A stretch of DNA of 64,000 nt from Mobula hypostoma (Eukaryota). Every line of letters begins with the position of its first letter. The first letter of the stretch is position 1. Below, in pieces: positions 39,431 to 51,996 of this stretch. A program made the position numbers and the translations under genes. The stretch spans positions 24,242,001-24,306,000 of the forward strand of contig NC_086108.1 of the NCBI RefSeq assembly GCF_963921235.1, read 5' to 3'. Under the pieces are notes generated by a model. That model saw nothing but the letters and a program-made list of their open reading frames with translations, did not search any database and was not told where the DNA came from.

Positions 39431-41711
39431 TCAGGAGGAGAAATATATGTTGTATACTTACCTACACACTGATTTCTAAACTACAAAAACCACCTGGTAA
39501 AACACATGAAGGTGAATGGCAACTGTATTTTAGTTTTCATAAAAAGTCAGTAATCTCAAATTCATTCTGCCTCCATGGATACGTCCTGATGCACTGAGTA
39601 TTTCTATCATTCTCTGATTTTATTTCACTTGCGGTACAGCTGAATTGTGTAAGGTGAAGGAGTAAAGACTAAAATAAAGACATAAAGGCAGCAAGACTAC
39701 CATGATCAAAAACACATTTGACTCAGATGTTTAAGAAATAAAATCAGAAAATGTTCACTAGTTTTAGCTACAAAAGTATTAAAATTGAATGAAACACTTT
39801 TTGGACATGTGCATGAGAACCAGGTATCAATTTGGGGGCCACTCTCTGAAGATGCTAAATAGCAAAAAGTTAAGGTCCTAAACAAGTTGGAAGCCTTGCA
39901 AGGGAAAATTAAATATAATGAGGCCACAATTGTAAATAGTGTTAGGAATGTGGCAGTATTAGGGGCAGTAGCAGACCACAGAATCCATTAATCGGACTAT
40001 GGCCGATTTGCTTCTCACTAACATTTGATTGCCCTTGTGTCACATCTTTCGATATCTTCACTGAAAAAATCTATCACTTAGCTTTAAAAATTTCACTTTG
40101 CCGAACATCCATCTTCTGAGGTGAGAGCTTCAGATTTCTGTTTGTACTTGTCTGAAGAATTACTTTCAGATTGTGCTGTCAAATGGCCAAATTTGTTCAC
40201 ATTGCTGAAAGGGGCATCGGTTCACTACCTTGCACTTGTACTTCATCACTCAGTAGTGCAGTCTATTCCAATGAGTCAAAAAGTAAACACAAGTCAAGGC
40301 ACAGGCTTAGGTCTGGACACATCATGAACAAACTGTGCTCTTGAAAATGATAAAGCAAAACAATGCCTCAATGTGGAGAGGGGAATTTATTTTCTACTTA
40401 TGACTCATTCAAAATGGAGACCTGCAAACCAACAAAATTTCAACTTACTCCAAACAGGAAGTAGGCAGTTGAATACTCTACTACTCTTGCCATCATCTTT
40501 TTAACTTGACATCTGAGTTATACTACTGTAATGCTTCGATAAACATTCTCTACATCCACACTTTGGTCCAGCAATGACAACCTCAGAAACACTTGTGTAA
40601 GAGCATGTTGACTGGATGATTCTGTTTGAAATGGCACCATAGAAAGGCAGTGATGAATAGAAAGCATTCTGTGCAACAACACCGACATCTTTTTCAAGTT
40701 CTTCATCACTTTTGACTACTCCAGATTTACAAGGTGATTTTCTGCTGTAGTCTATCTCTGCAGAACTCTTCAGATGAAATGCAGATGCTATTTTGCAATC
40801 GAGGGTTTCTGCGGCTTTGCCTTCTTGTTCATGCCACATCCTTGCACCACTCGGGTACATTTATAAAACTGACTCTCAGTTCCTTCTTCTAGACAAGATG
40901 CTGATTCCCTCATACTAAAACTAGAAGCAACTTAAACATATCTAGTTAAATGCCAAAATGTTTTGAGGTTCCGATACACTACTGAGCAAAAAGGGATACA
41001 TCAGCACCTGCTTCCTCGAATATTATCAGATGGAGAGCAATGTCCAAACATATTTCAATTTTACATCCTTCTCCCACTTCCAATCTTTGCTCCTGTACCT
41101 TTGTTAAGTTCATTCCTCTATCATTTCCCCATAAAACATTTGTTATTTTAATCAGAAGTATAACCTGCAGATTCTGGAAATATAAAATAAAAAGATTTAT
41201 TGATACAGAAACATTCCGCAGATTAAGTAGCATGCGCGGAGAGAAACTGAGTGAATGAAAATTCATCGCTCTGAAACATTAAACCTGTTTCTATTACCAC
41301 AGATGCCATCTGATCTTTTTGAACAAGTTCAGTATTACTAGCCATCTCCTCATTACTTCAACCTCATTTATCCCAAAATTTCTAAGGTTTACATCAGTAT
41401 TCCTTATTTCATGTCACCCAAAAAGCCTGACATATTATCCACACTTATTTTTTTCTTCTTCTTTCTGCTTCAGCTTCATTAACTAAATGTGTCTTTGGCA
41501 TAGATTCCAAAACAAATCTCTTTGTGACCTTGACCCACATTAATTCAGCATTCTGCCTCTAGCTCCAATCTAAGCTCAAAATCAAAATTGAGAGTGCAGT
41601 GCGCTCCTGCTAGCTGGAATTTAATGTTCCCAATGACCCTTTTTGGGTGGCAGGGTGGACATACATCTCTACCAAATGAAGTATAAAAGCACCTGCCGTC
41701 CCCTATCCTCC

Positions 41712-42851
41712 TGTCATGGTCCGGTCGGTGAAATCCGCATTCCGGTTCATGGTCTGGTCCATCGTTCCTTATTCCCGTTTTTCCAGTTTTCCCTTGTTCT
41801 ATTGGGTGCTCTAATTGAGGCACCTGATTCACATTTTGGGCTGGCCATATAAATAGGTCCTTGGTTCAGCTTCATTTGCTGGACTGTTCCCTTCCCTTCT
41901 CTCTATAGCCCTTGGCTGAAGCCTGGCCTGCTACCTTTCTCCTGAAGCCTCGCTTGCTACCTTTCTCCTGAAGCCTTGCCTGCTACCTTTCTCCTGAAGC
42001 CTCGCCTGCTACCTTTTGCCTGAAGCCTCGCCTGCAGTCTTGCCTGTGTACTTGCCTATATCGCTGTCAAGTTCTACTGCTGGAGCAAGACCAGAGCCTT
42101 GCTGTGTCTAGATAAGGAACAGTCTATCGTTGTTTGGAACTGTCTCTGTATCCTTGCCTTCGCTAGGTAGGTCTGGCTATTTGCCGCTACCTTGTGTTGA
42201 GATCTGTCTCATCATGTTCAGCATTCTGTGTATGAGTCCCGGCCCTACGTCCTGTTCCCAAGGAGGGGTCCCGGCTCTGTGTTCTGCATTCCTGTCTCTC
42301 AAGACCAAGGCTCTGTATTCTGTATTCATGTCTCCCAAGATTACCAAGGCTCTGTGTTCTGTTTGCTGTTCTCCCAAGACCAAATCAAGGCTTTAGGTCC
42401 TCGTCCTGTCCATGTGCCTCATCCTGTGCAGGAGTTCCATGTCCTGTCTCCCAAGGCTCTGTGTTCTGCGTCCCTGTCTCCCAAGTCCAAGTCTTAGCTT
42501 TGTGTCCTCATCCAGTTCTGGTCCTGCATCCTGCTGCCACATCCAGTCCTGTTGCCTTGCCATGTCTTCTCCTCACCTAGATCCAGAGTCCGAGCCCGAG
42601 TCAAGACCCAGGTTCTGGGTCCCTGTGCAGTCTCTGGATTGGAGTCCTTGTCCAGGTTCCAAGTTCCTTGTTCCTCATCCAGGTCCCGCTTTCCTAGCCT
42701 AGTCCAAGCCCAGGCCCTGTATCCTAGTCTCGTCCAGGGCCTGTGTCTTGTCCAGTGTCATTTTTTCCTCGCTTCCCTTGCTTCCACAGCTAGTCCTGTT
42801 CCTAGTACTTCAGTGTCTGTGTTTTACATTTGGGTCTGCCATCAGATGACA
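41712..42851 (+). mobile_element. Solo LTR, 1140 bp
   Basis: Starts TGTCA and ends TGACA; 5-bp TSD cctcc at 41707-41711 and 42852-42856; TATA-like tataaata at ~41848; internal tandem repeats. Confidence 0.85.
41916..42035. repeat. 26-bp minisatellite, about 4.6 copies, inside the LTR
   Basis: Unit ctgaagcctcgcctgctacctttctc starting at 41916, 41942, 41968, 41994, 42020. Confidence 0.92.
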
Positions 42852-44739
42852 CCTCCAAGTCACCATTGGGCAAGGTGTAGTACCTACTTAGTACCCCCCA
42901 CCCCCTGCTGACCCCCCCAACCAGGGTCACTTGAAGTCATCAGAGCAGGTTGTATGAGCAGCTGGTGCATATCACAAGTCCTGGTTATGCGACCACTGAC
43001 ACCAGGCAGACAATCTCTGAAGAGTATTGATAATGGCTGGAGTCATCTGTCTTGTAAAGTCACTACCCAGAAGGCAATGGCAAACCACTTCTGTAGAAAA
43101 ATTTGACAAGAGCAGTCACGATCATGGAAAGAACATAATCAGCCATGTCATATGACATGACACATGATGATGATGAATGACCTTTTCCTCCCTCCCAATG
43201 CTCCAGAACTCCCCATTTCAACCCCACCATCATCATAATGCTTCTGTCTCTTGACAGGTCCATCCTTTTCCTTCTCTAATTCCCACTGTTTCTTTTATTG
43301 TCTATTGTAAGGCAATAATACCAAAGTGTCATTTTGCATGTAGGGAAATGGTTTTCTGGGTTTTCAATGTTTCAACCCAGTACTGATCTTCATTTGCCTT
43401 AACTGCTTAACATTATGCCACAGCCAAATGTTACATTCAAAATAATGAAGCAAAGTTTTTCTATGCTCTAAAACATTTTCCCCATAAGAACAAATGAGGG
43501 CCAACATTCATTTAATGGGTTTCATTTCCCACAGGCATGATTGACAAGACTGAAAGTTGTGACCATAAAACAACTGAGTGCATTAGAAGTACTCAGTAAG
43601 TCTCCAGATTTAATAAGTGTGCAGTGGGAAGGGGCAGGATTTGCAAAGATGGAATGAATAAAGTGCAGTCAATTGTTATTAAAATTTATTGCATTGATGT
43701 GCAGTTTATCTTTATGGATTCTCCGCTATTCATCAGTCAACTTTTATTCAGAGCAAGTGGCTTATTATGAACAATCAGTACCACTGTGACTGATTTCTAT
43801 TCACCACAGTCAATAATTAATCATTGCCGACCAATTTTATTTGTTGTAAAAAAACTTTTATTCATTGTGTAACTACCTATAATCATCATAAACTTGACTC
43901 TTACTTATTCACATAGAATTGCAGGATAGAAAAAGTGCTTCAATCCATCTAGTTTGTGGTGGTGTTTACATTACACAACAACTTCCACTGCATTCCTCCA
44001 ACCATAACTTTCTATTTCTTTCAGCCTCACATTTAATTAGCTTCCTGATAAACTTGCTTTTGTTTCTCATCTCAAATGATCCCCGTGAACAGAACTTTCA
44101 ATTTTAAACCCCTTTTGGTAAAGTTTAAATGGAGGAAATACTTCAGAAGGGATGAAAAAATGAGTAATGTAGGTTAATTGGGGAAGATTGTTTGGACATT
44201 TAAAGCAATTTATCCAAGAAATTGGAACCAAACAGGGAACATGATTGTGTTGCAAGTCATTATTATAATGGCATACTGCTAGATACTAGGGACTATCCCA
44301 TCAGTGAGTTGCTCGATAGCGATGGAGCTGGACTTACTGCATACCTTTGTTATGTTGTCGCCTGGACCAGCTGCGTACCACTGTGCTGGGGCATTGCGCA
44401 GTGTGAGTGATTATCTTGAATGTTTTTATTGTGAACACAAGACCCTGTTAAACATTGGTAATGTAGAATACTGCAAGTCTGGTTCACTGGCAAGACCAGA
44501 GGAGCTGCGTAACAGGATCACCTGTTGTGGTCACCCAGGAGTGGATGTGCTGGAGGCAGTGTGGGAGAAAGTAGGGGCCTTTGTGGGTGTACTGGAATCC
44601 ATACTGGGTTGGGGACTGGCCCCTCCCATCAGTGCTCACTTGGTGCTGCTGTTCATGTGCTTTGCAACTTGGCCCAAGAGGAACACTGTTTCGTTTGGCT
44701 ATATTTATGCGTGGTTGAAGGATAATTGAACTTGAACTT

Positions 44740-45835
44740 GAAATTGGCATTAGAATCAGGTTTAATATCACTGTCGTACATGGTGAAATTTATTCTTTTG
44801 TGGCGCCAGTACATTGCAATACATAATAATTAAACAATATAAGTAAATGAGTAAATATTAAAAAAAAACAAATTAAGTAAGTAGTGCTAAAAGAGAAAAA
44901 AATGAGTGAAAGTGTTCATGGATTCATTGTCCATTCATAAATCTGATGGTAGAGGGGAAGAAGCTGTTCATGAAACATTGACTGTGTATTCTCAGGCTCC
45001 TGAACCTCCTCCTTGATGGTAGCAATTGAGAAAGGGACATGTCCTGGGTGATGGGGGTCCTTAATAATGGATTCCCTCTTTTGAGGTACCACCTTTTGAA
45101 GCTGTTCTGGATGCTGGAGAGGCTGGTACCTATGATGGAGCTGGCTGTGTTCACAACATCCGATCCTGTACAGTGGCCCCTCCATATCAGATGGTGGTGC
45201 AACCAGTTAGAATGCTCTCCATGGTACATTTATAGAAATTTGCGAGATTCTTTGCTGTCATACCAAGTCTCCTCAAACTCTCAATAAAACATAGCTGCTC
45301 TTGTGCTTTCTTCATAATTGCATGAATATGTTGGGGCCAGGATAGATCCTCAGAGATGTTAACACCCAGGAACTTAAAACTGCTCAACCTTTCCATTGCT
45401 AACACCTAGATGAGGACTGGTGTGTGTTCCCTCAATTTCCCCAATTCTTTGGTCTTACTGATGTTGAGTGCAAAGCTGTTCTGCAACATGATTCAACCAG
45501 CTGATCTGTCTCACTACTGTATGCTTCTTCATCATTATCAGAGATTCAACCAACAATAGTTGTGTGATCGGCAAATATGTCGATGGTGTTTGAGCTGTGC
45601 CTAGCCGCACAGTCGTGGGTGTAGAGAGAATAGAGTAGTGGGTCAGCACAAACCTTTGAGATTGTTGCTGAGGAAGAGATGCTATTTTCAATCTACACAG
45701 ACTGTAGTTTCCCATGAGGAATTCAAGGATCTAGTTGAAGAGGGAGATACAGAAGCTCAAGATTTGAAGCTTGTTGATTAATATTGAGGGGATGATGGTG
45801 CTGAATGCTGAGCTATAATCAATAAACAGCAGCCT
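44740..45835 (-). mobile_element. Rex1/Babar LINE 3' part (continues at 50490-50650)
   Basis: DYSSAFSTIIP...SFKFLGVNISEDLSW...FYKCTMESILTGC...IIKDPHHPGH. Confidence 0.85.
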
Positions 45836-46169
45836 CCCTTTCCAGTCCCATTTTTTAAAATTATCTTTTTAAGCCTTCTATGACTGATGTAGTTTTTAAA
45901 CAATGGGAAGGATTGGGCATTAAATGTTTCTGAGATCTGTTTGTTGGAGGAAGTCTTTCTTCGTTCGAACAATTGTCAACTAAATATAATTTACGAAAAC
46001 CCATTTATTTCGGTACTTACAAATTAGAGATTTTCTGCGATCTCAATTATGTATATTTCCTAATAGTCCTGATAAGAACAAAAAATAATCTGCAGATGCT
46101 GTGATCAAAGCAACACTTTCAGTACGCTGGATGAACTCAGCAGGTCGGACAGCATCAGTTAGAAACGAT

Positions 46170-46207
46170 GAGTCGAAGTTTCGGGTCGGAACCCTTCATC
46201 AGGACTG
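46170..46207 (-). ncRNA. Minimal type I hammerhead ribozyme motif
   Basis: Reverse complement: cagtc CTGATGA a gggt tccg accc GAAA cttc gactc; UUC triplet. Confidence 0.7.
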
Positions 46208-46793
46208 AAGAATGAAAGATGGGGAAGGATTTGAAGAATGCTTGTAGCGTCAGTTGAAAGACTAGTAATTTGAAAGACAAAGGGGTGGGGGAGGGGAAGC
46301 ATTGACATCATAGCCCTTGAAAACAATGGGTAGTAGAAGAAGGAGGCGGAACCATGAGGGAGCTGGGGGAAGGGGTAGAGTGAAATAGGGATAGAGGAAG
46401 GGAAGGGGAGGGAATTACCAGAAGTTGGAGAATTCTATGTTCATACCAAGGGGCTGGAGACTATCTAGACAGTATATGAGGTGTTGCTCCTCCAACCTGA
46501 GTTTAGCCTCAGAGGAGGCCATGTATGGACATATCTGAATGGGGAATGGGAAGCAGAGTTGAAGTGGGTGGCTACTGGGAGATCCTGTCTGTTGTGGCGG
46601 ACGGAGTGGAGGTGCTCGACGAAGCGGTCCCCCAATCTGCGTCGGGTTTCACTGATGTAGAGGGGGCCACACCGGGAGCACTGGATGCAATAGATGACCC
46701 CAACAGACTCACAAGTGAAGTGTTCTCACCTGGAAGGACTGTTTGGGGCCCTGAATGGTTGCAAGAGATGAGGTGTAGGGACCGGTGTAGCAA

Positions 46794-47852
46794 TTAACGC
46801 CTACAGGGATAAGTGCCGGGTGGGAGATCAGTGGGGATGGACGTGCGGATAAGGGAGTCACGGAGGGATCGATCCCTGAGGAAAGTGGAGAGGGGCGGAG
46901 AAGGAAAAATGTGCTTAGTGTTGGGGTCCTGTTGAAGGTGGCAGAAGTTGTGGAGGATAATGTGCTGGATCCGGATGGTGGTGGGGTGGTAGGTAAGGAC
47001 AAGGGGAACTCTGTCCCTGTTGTGGTTGCAGGAGGATGGGGTGAGGGCCAAAGTGCGGGAAATGGAGGAGATGCGGGTGAGGGCATCCTTGATGACGGTA
47101 GAAGGGAAACAACGATCCTTAAAGAAAGAGGACATTTGAGATGTCCTGGAATGGAAAGCCTCATCCTGGGAGCAGATGCAGCGGAGACGGAGGAACTGGG
47201 AATAGGGAATGGCATTTTTGCATGTGGCGGGGTGGGAAGAGGTATAGTCGAGGTAGTTATGAGAGTCAGTAGGCTTGTAGAAGATGTCAGTGGACAGTCT
47301 GTCTCCAGAGATGGAGACCGAGACATCGAGAAAGGGGAGAGAAGTGTCCGAGATTTGAATTTGAGGGCTGGTGGAAGTTTGAAGTAAAGTCGATGAATTG
47401 ACGAGCTCAGCATGGGTGCAGGAAGCAGCACCAATGTAGTCGTCAATGTACTGAAGGAAAGGTTGGGGAGCAGTACCAGAATAGGTTTTGAGCACAGACT
47501 GTTCCACATAACCAATGAATAGGCAGGCGTAGCTGGGTCCCATGCTAGTTCCCATAGCTACACCCTTAGTCTGAAGAAAGTGGGAAGAGCCAAAAGAGAA
47601 GTTATTAAGTGTGAGAACCAGTTCCGCCAACCGGAGGAGAGTAGTGGTGGTGGGGAACTGGTGAGGTCTATTATCCAGGAAGTAGCGGAGGGCTTTGAGG
47701 CCATCTTGATGGGGAATGGAGGTGTATAAGGATTGGACATCCATAGTAAAAGTGTAGCGGCTGGGACTGGGGAATTGGAAGTTATTGAAGAGGTTGAGGG
47801 CATGGGATGTATCGTGGATGTAGGTGGAGAGGGACTGAGCTATGGGTGACAA
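46794..47852 (-). pseudogene. PLE reverse transcriptase fragment
   Basis: FTMDVQSLYTSIPH, QTKGVAMGTSMGPSYA, YIDD, LPFLDV, KPTD..NYLDYTSSHP, IPYSQFLRL. Confidence 0.9.
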
Positions 47853-48044
47853 AATGGAGTCCAGGTAGGCAGATACAAGTTCGGTGGGACAGGAGTAGGC
47901 AGAAACTATGGGTATACCGGGACAGTTAGGCTTGTTTATCTTTGGGAGGAGGTAAAACTGAGTGGTACGGGGTGTGGGAATAATGAGTTTAGCAGCTGAG
48001 GATGGAAGGTCTCCAGAGTTGATAAGGGTTGAAGAAGAGTTGAC

Positions 48045-49185
48045 CCAGCTATGCCTGCCTCTTTGTTGGTTATGTGGAACAGTCTGTACTCAAAACCTAT
48101 TCTGGTACTGCTCCTCAACTTTTCCTTCGGTACATTGACGACTACATTGGTGCTGTTTTCTGCATCCATGCTGAGCTCATCAATTTCATCGACTTTACTT
48201 CAAACTTCCACCCAGCCCTCAAATTCACTTCCTCTATCTCAGACACCTCTCCCCCTTTCTCGATGTTTCAGTCTCCATCTCTGGAGACAGACTGCCCACT
48301 GACATCTTCTACAAGCCCACTGACTCTCATAACTACCTCGACTATACCTCTTCCCACCCCGCCACATGCAAAAATGCCATTCCCTATTCCCAGTTCCTCC
48401 GTCTCCGCCGCATCCGCTCCGAGGATGAGGCTTTCCATTCCAGGACATCTCAAATGTCCTCTTTCTTTCAGGATCGTGGTTTCCCTTCTACTGCCATCAA
48501 GGATGCCCTCACCCGCATCTCCTCCATTTCCCGCACTTCGGCTCTCACCCCATCCTCCCGCCACCACAACAGGGACAGAGTTCCCCTTGTCCTCACCTAC
48601 CACTCCACTAGCATCCGGATCCAGCACATTATCCTCCGCAACTTCTGCCACCTTCAACAGGACCCCACCACTAAGCACATCTTTTCCTCTCCACCCCTCT
48701 CCGCTTTACTCAGGGATCGATCCCTCCGCGACTCCCTTATCCACATGTCCATCCCCACTGATCTCCCACCCGGTACTTATCCCTGTAAGTGTTAAGTGCT
48801 ACACCTGTCCCTACACCTCATCTCTTGCAACCATTCAGGGCCCCAAACAGTCCTTCCAGGTGAGACAACACTTCACTTGTGAGTCTGTTGGGGTCATCTA
48901 TTGCATCCGGTGCTCCTGGTGTGGACTCCTCTACATCGGTGAAACCCAACGCAGATTGGGGGACCGCTTCGTCGAGCACCTCCACTCCGTCCGCCACAAC
49001 AGACAGGATCTCCCAGTAGCCACCCACTTCAACTCTGCTTCCCATTCCCATTCAGTACGTCCATACATGGCCTCCTCTACTGCCATGATGAGGCTAAACT
49101 CAGGTTGGAGGAGCAACACCTCATATACCGTCTAGGTAGTCTCCAGCCCCTTGGTATGAACATAGAGTTCTCCAACTTCCGGTAA
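48045..49185 (+). pseudogene. PLE RT C-terminus and GIY-YIG endonuclease, frameshifted
   Basis: FLRYIDDYIG; FTCESVGVIYCIRCSWCGLLYIGETQRRLGDRFVEHL. Confidence 0.9.
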
Positions 49186-49393
49186 TTCCCTCCCCCTCCC
49201 TTCCTCTATCCCTATTTCACTCTACCCCCTCCCCCAGCTCCCTCATGGTTCCGCCTCCTTCTTCTAGTACCCATTGTTTTCAAGGGTTATGACGTCAATG
49301 ATTCCCCTCCCCCACCCCTTTGTCTTTCAAATTATTGGTCTTTCAACTGAAGCTACAAGGCATTCTTCAAATCCTTCCCCAGCTTTCATTCTT

Positions 49394-49430
49394 CAGTCTT
49401 GACGAAGGGTTCCGACCCGAAATGTCGAAT
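49394..49430 (+). ncRNA. Degenerate hammerhead motif (core C mutated)
   Basis: cagtc TTGACGA a gggt tccg accc GAAA tgtc gaat. Confidence 0.5.
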
Positions 49431-50489
49431 CACCGTTTCTAACTGATGCTGCCTGACCTGCTGAGTTCATCCAGCCTACTGAAAGTGTTGCCTAGTCCTG
49501 ATAAGAACTTATTAGACGTAATTCTTAATATGAAATTATTTTATAATGGTTCAATATCCAATATTTATGATATGTTGTTGGGAATGAGAAATGAATTCTT
49601 TAGACAAAATCAAAAATCTTTGGGAACGAGATTTACAGACTTCAATTTCTGAAGAAACTTAGAATGAAATGTTTTAATTGGTTAATGCTTCATCGTTATG
49701 TGCTCGTCATTCCCTCCTACAATTTAAAGTGGTTCACAGGGCTTATATGACCAAGGATAAGTTATCTCGTTTTTATATGGATATATCTCCCTACTGTAAT
49801 AGGTGTAACAATGGAGAAGCTTCATTTATTCATATGTTTTGGACATGTCCAAATCTTGGAAAATATTGGAAGGAAGTATTCCAAACATTTTCCAGTACTG
49901 TTTAAAGTAAATTTTAAGCCTAATCTTTTGACTGCCCTATTTGGTATTGTTGGAAGGAAAGATATCATCTTGAAGACATCTGATTTGCACATTCTGGCTT
50001 TTACCTCTCTTATGGCTGGGAGGGCACCTTTGTTTAAATGGAAGGATGCTGTTCCACCTATTCATGCTCAGTGGTTACGGGATGTTATGGCATGCCTAAA
50101 TTTAGAAAAGATTCGTTGTTCAATTTCTGAATCTAACCAAGATTTTCAAAATTTGTGGGGGCCATTTAAATTATTTTCATAATCGTTGACTCCTTGTTAA
50201 AGTGCAGAAGTTAGTTAGTAGCATATTTTATTATCTAATAAGGTTTTTTCTTATTTTTCCCCAAACAGCTTCGACTTTGGTAGTGGGTATAGAACATTTT
50301 TTTTATAAAGTTGTTTGTATTCTAATATACAAATTAATCTAATCTCTATGAATATAGAGTAGGGAGTTTGTTAATGTGATTCAATGTACTGTATATGGTA
50401 TTATGATATTTTTTCTTTTGTTTTATAATATGTATTCTCTTGGACTCTATATTCTTCTATAGAGAAATCAACAAAAATATTGAAAAAAG

Positions 50490-50650
50490 AATAAACAGCA
50501 GCCTGACATAGATATTGCTATTGTCCAGGTGATTTAAGGCCGAGTGGAAAGCAGTGAGACTGCATCCAGTGTAGACCGAATGTGGCAACAGGCAAAGTTG
50601 CAGCAGGTCCAGGTCCTTGTTTCGGCAAGAGTTGGTCCTAGTCATTAACA
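50490..50650 (-). mobile_element. Rex1/Babar RT fragment, upstream part of 44740-45835
   Basis: TAFHSALNHLDNSNIYVRLLFI joins DYSSAF across the L1. Confidence 0.85.
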
Positions 50651-51544
50651 ACCAATTAAATGTCAGACAATTAAAAACAGAAGTAGTACCAAAAAAATAA
50701 ACAGCTTAAAGTTTGGAACTGAAGAGACAGGAACGAAGTAACACAAGATAAAAAAAAAAGCATACAAAATCAAGCAGGTAAAATTAAGAAACTAAGGAAA
50801 ATGTAAGGAGGGAACAAGAATGTGAAATATTACCTAATTTGCATATGCACAGAGTGAAAATGTGAAATACATTAACTCTTTTATTAGGGACTAGGGCAGG
50901 GAATAAAATTATTATTTTGTTCCTTGTCTGTAATGAGGAGTGGGGGAGGTGAGATGAGCAATGTGAATCAGTGCAGCACAGAAGGAGGCAAGGTGGGAAA
51001 CTACCCGAAACTACTGACATAAGTATATGCTGTTGGTGCTTCTACACCTCCCCATACTCATTCAGGCAAACCCATAGGTGCCCAACAGACTGTAGCCCCA
51101 TCCACCTAACTTTTCATTCTCTCCCCCTCCAGTTTGTTTTTGTATCTATACCAGGCTGATCTCAAATCTCTTCATGCAATAAGGGTATTTCTTGCCCTTA
51201 CTGAATTTATTACCTTGCTGGGCACCTTGTATGATGACTTTGTAACTATTGGCTCTTTTTAGAAGTAGTATCAAGGATGGCACAAAATCATAGGCTGAAA
51301 AGTCCGTACTCCACTGCACTATTCTATATCAATATTATTGTCATGATCAACTCTCTCATCCCTTACCCACCTCAAAATCCACTACTGGAACCCTCTAACT
51401 TTGCCAAGTACATTGCTTCCTGCAATTCTTTTCCAAGTGTTTCCTGCACAGTTGAGGCTTCTCGTAGTATCAAAACAATACAAACTATCCATCATACTTG
51501 GGCTCCATTTTCATCACTAATCACCTCAACAATGGCCACAAAAT

Positions 51545-51800
51545 CGAGACAACAAAGACTGCAGAGGCTGGAAATCTGGAGCAACACACAAAAGAGCTGG
51601 AGGAATTCAATGGGTCAGGCAACATCTATAGAAGGAAATGAACAGTCTTGGTTTCAGGTTGAGACCCTTCATCAGGACTGGAAAGAAAGCCAGTGTGCAA
51701 AAGTGGGGAAAAGTGAGGAGCAAGAACTAGCATTTATAGGCAGGTGAAGGAGAGAGGAGGATGGTAATGATGTAAGAAGCAGGAAGGTGATAGTGTGGCA
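51545..51800 (-). mobile_element. Degenerate PLE 3' fragment
   Basis: ctgcagaggctggaaatctggagcaacacac...gtttcaggttgagacccttcatcaggactgg. Confidence 0.7.
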
Positions 51801-51996
51801 AGGTTGAAATCTATTCAATTTAGTTATAAATAATTGTTCAAATAAGTTTCAATAAGAATTAAAATAATTTATTTGATGTGAATATAATTTCATGTTAAGG
51901 GAAACCTGCAAATGTGTTTAGTCGAAAATTCTGAGAATCTGTGTGCGAGGTATTCTCCAAGAGTATTGAGCACTGGATCTACCATTGGCTTGCATT

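Larger units (their letters stand above)
41645..43176 (+). mobile_element. Short non-autonomous RTE-related retroposon split by a solo LTR
   Basis: gaaggcaatggcaaaccacttctgtag motif (BovB-like), (tga)n tail, approximate duplication aatgacc(c)tttt at both ends. Confidence 0.6.
46080..49492. mobile_element. Large head-to-head Penelope-like element (minus arm 46080-~48040, plus arm ~48043-49492)
   Basis: 16-bp TSD tagtcctgataagaac at 46064-46079 and 49493-49508; the arms are reverse complements over about 1.45 kb. Confidence 0.95.
45836..50489 (+). mobile_element. 5'-truncated L1-clade LINE (45836-46079 and 49493-50489), interrupted by a PLE
   Basis: 15-bp TSD aataaacagcagcct at 45821-45835 and 50490-50504; FKQWEGLGI...FRYLQIRDF before the PLE and LQFKVVHRAY...CNRC...HMFWTC after it; A-rich 3' end. 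Confidence 0.88.

Noticed and set aside
41916..42035. CRISPR-like array
   Set aside because: Head-to-tail units without unique spacers, in a eukaryotic LTR context.
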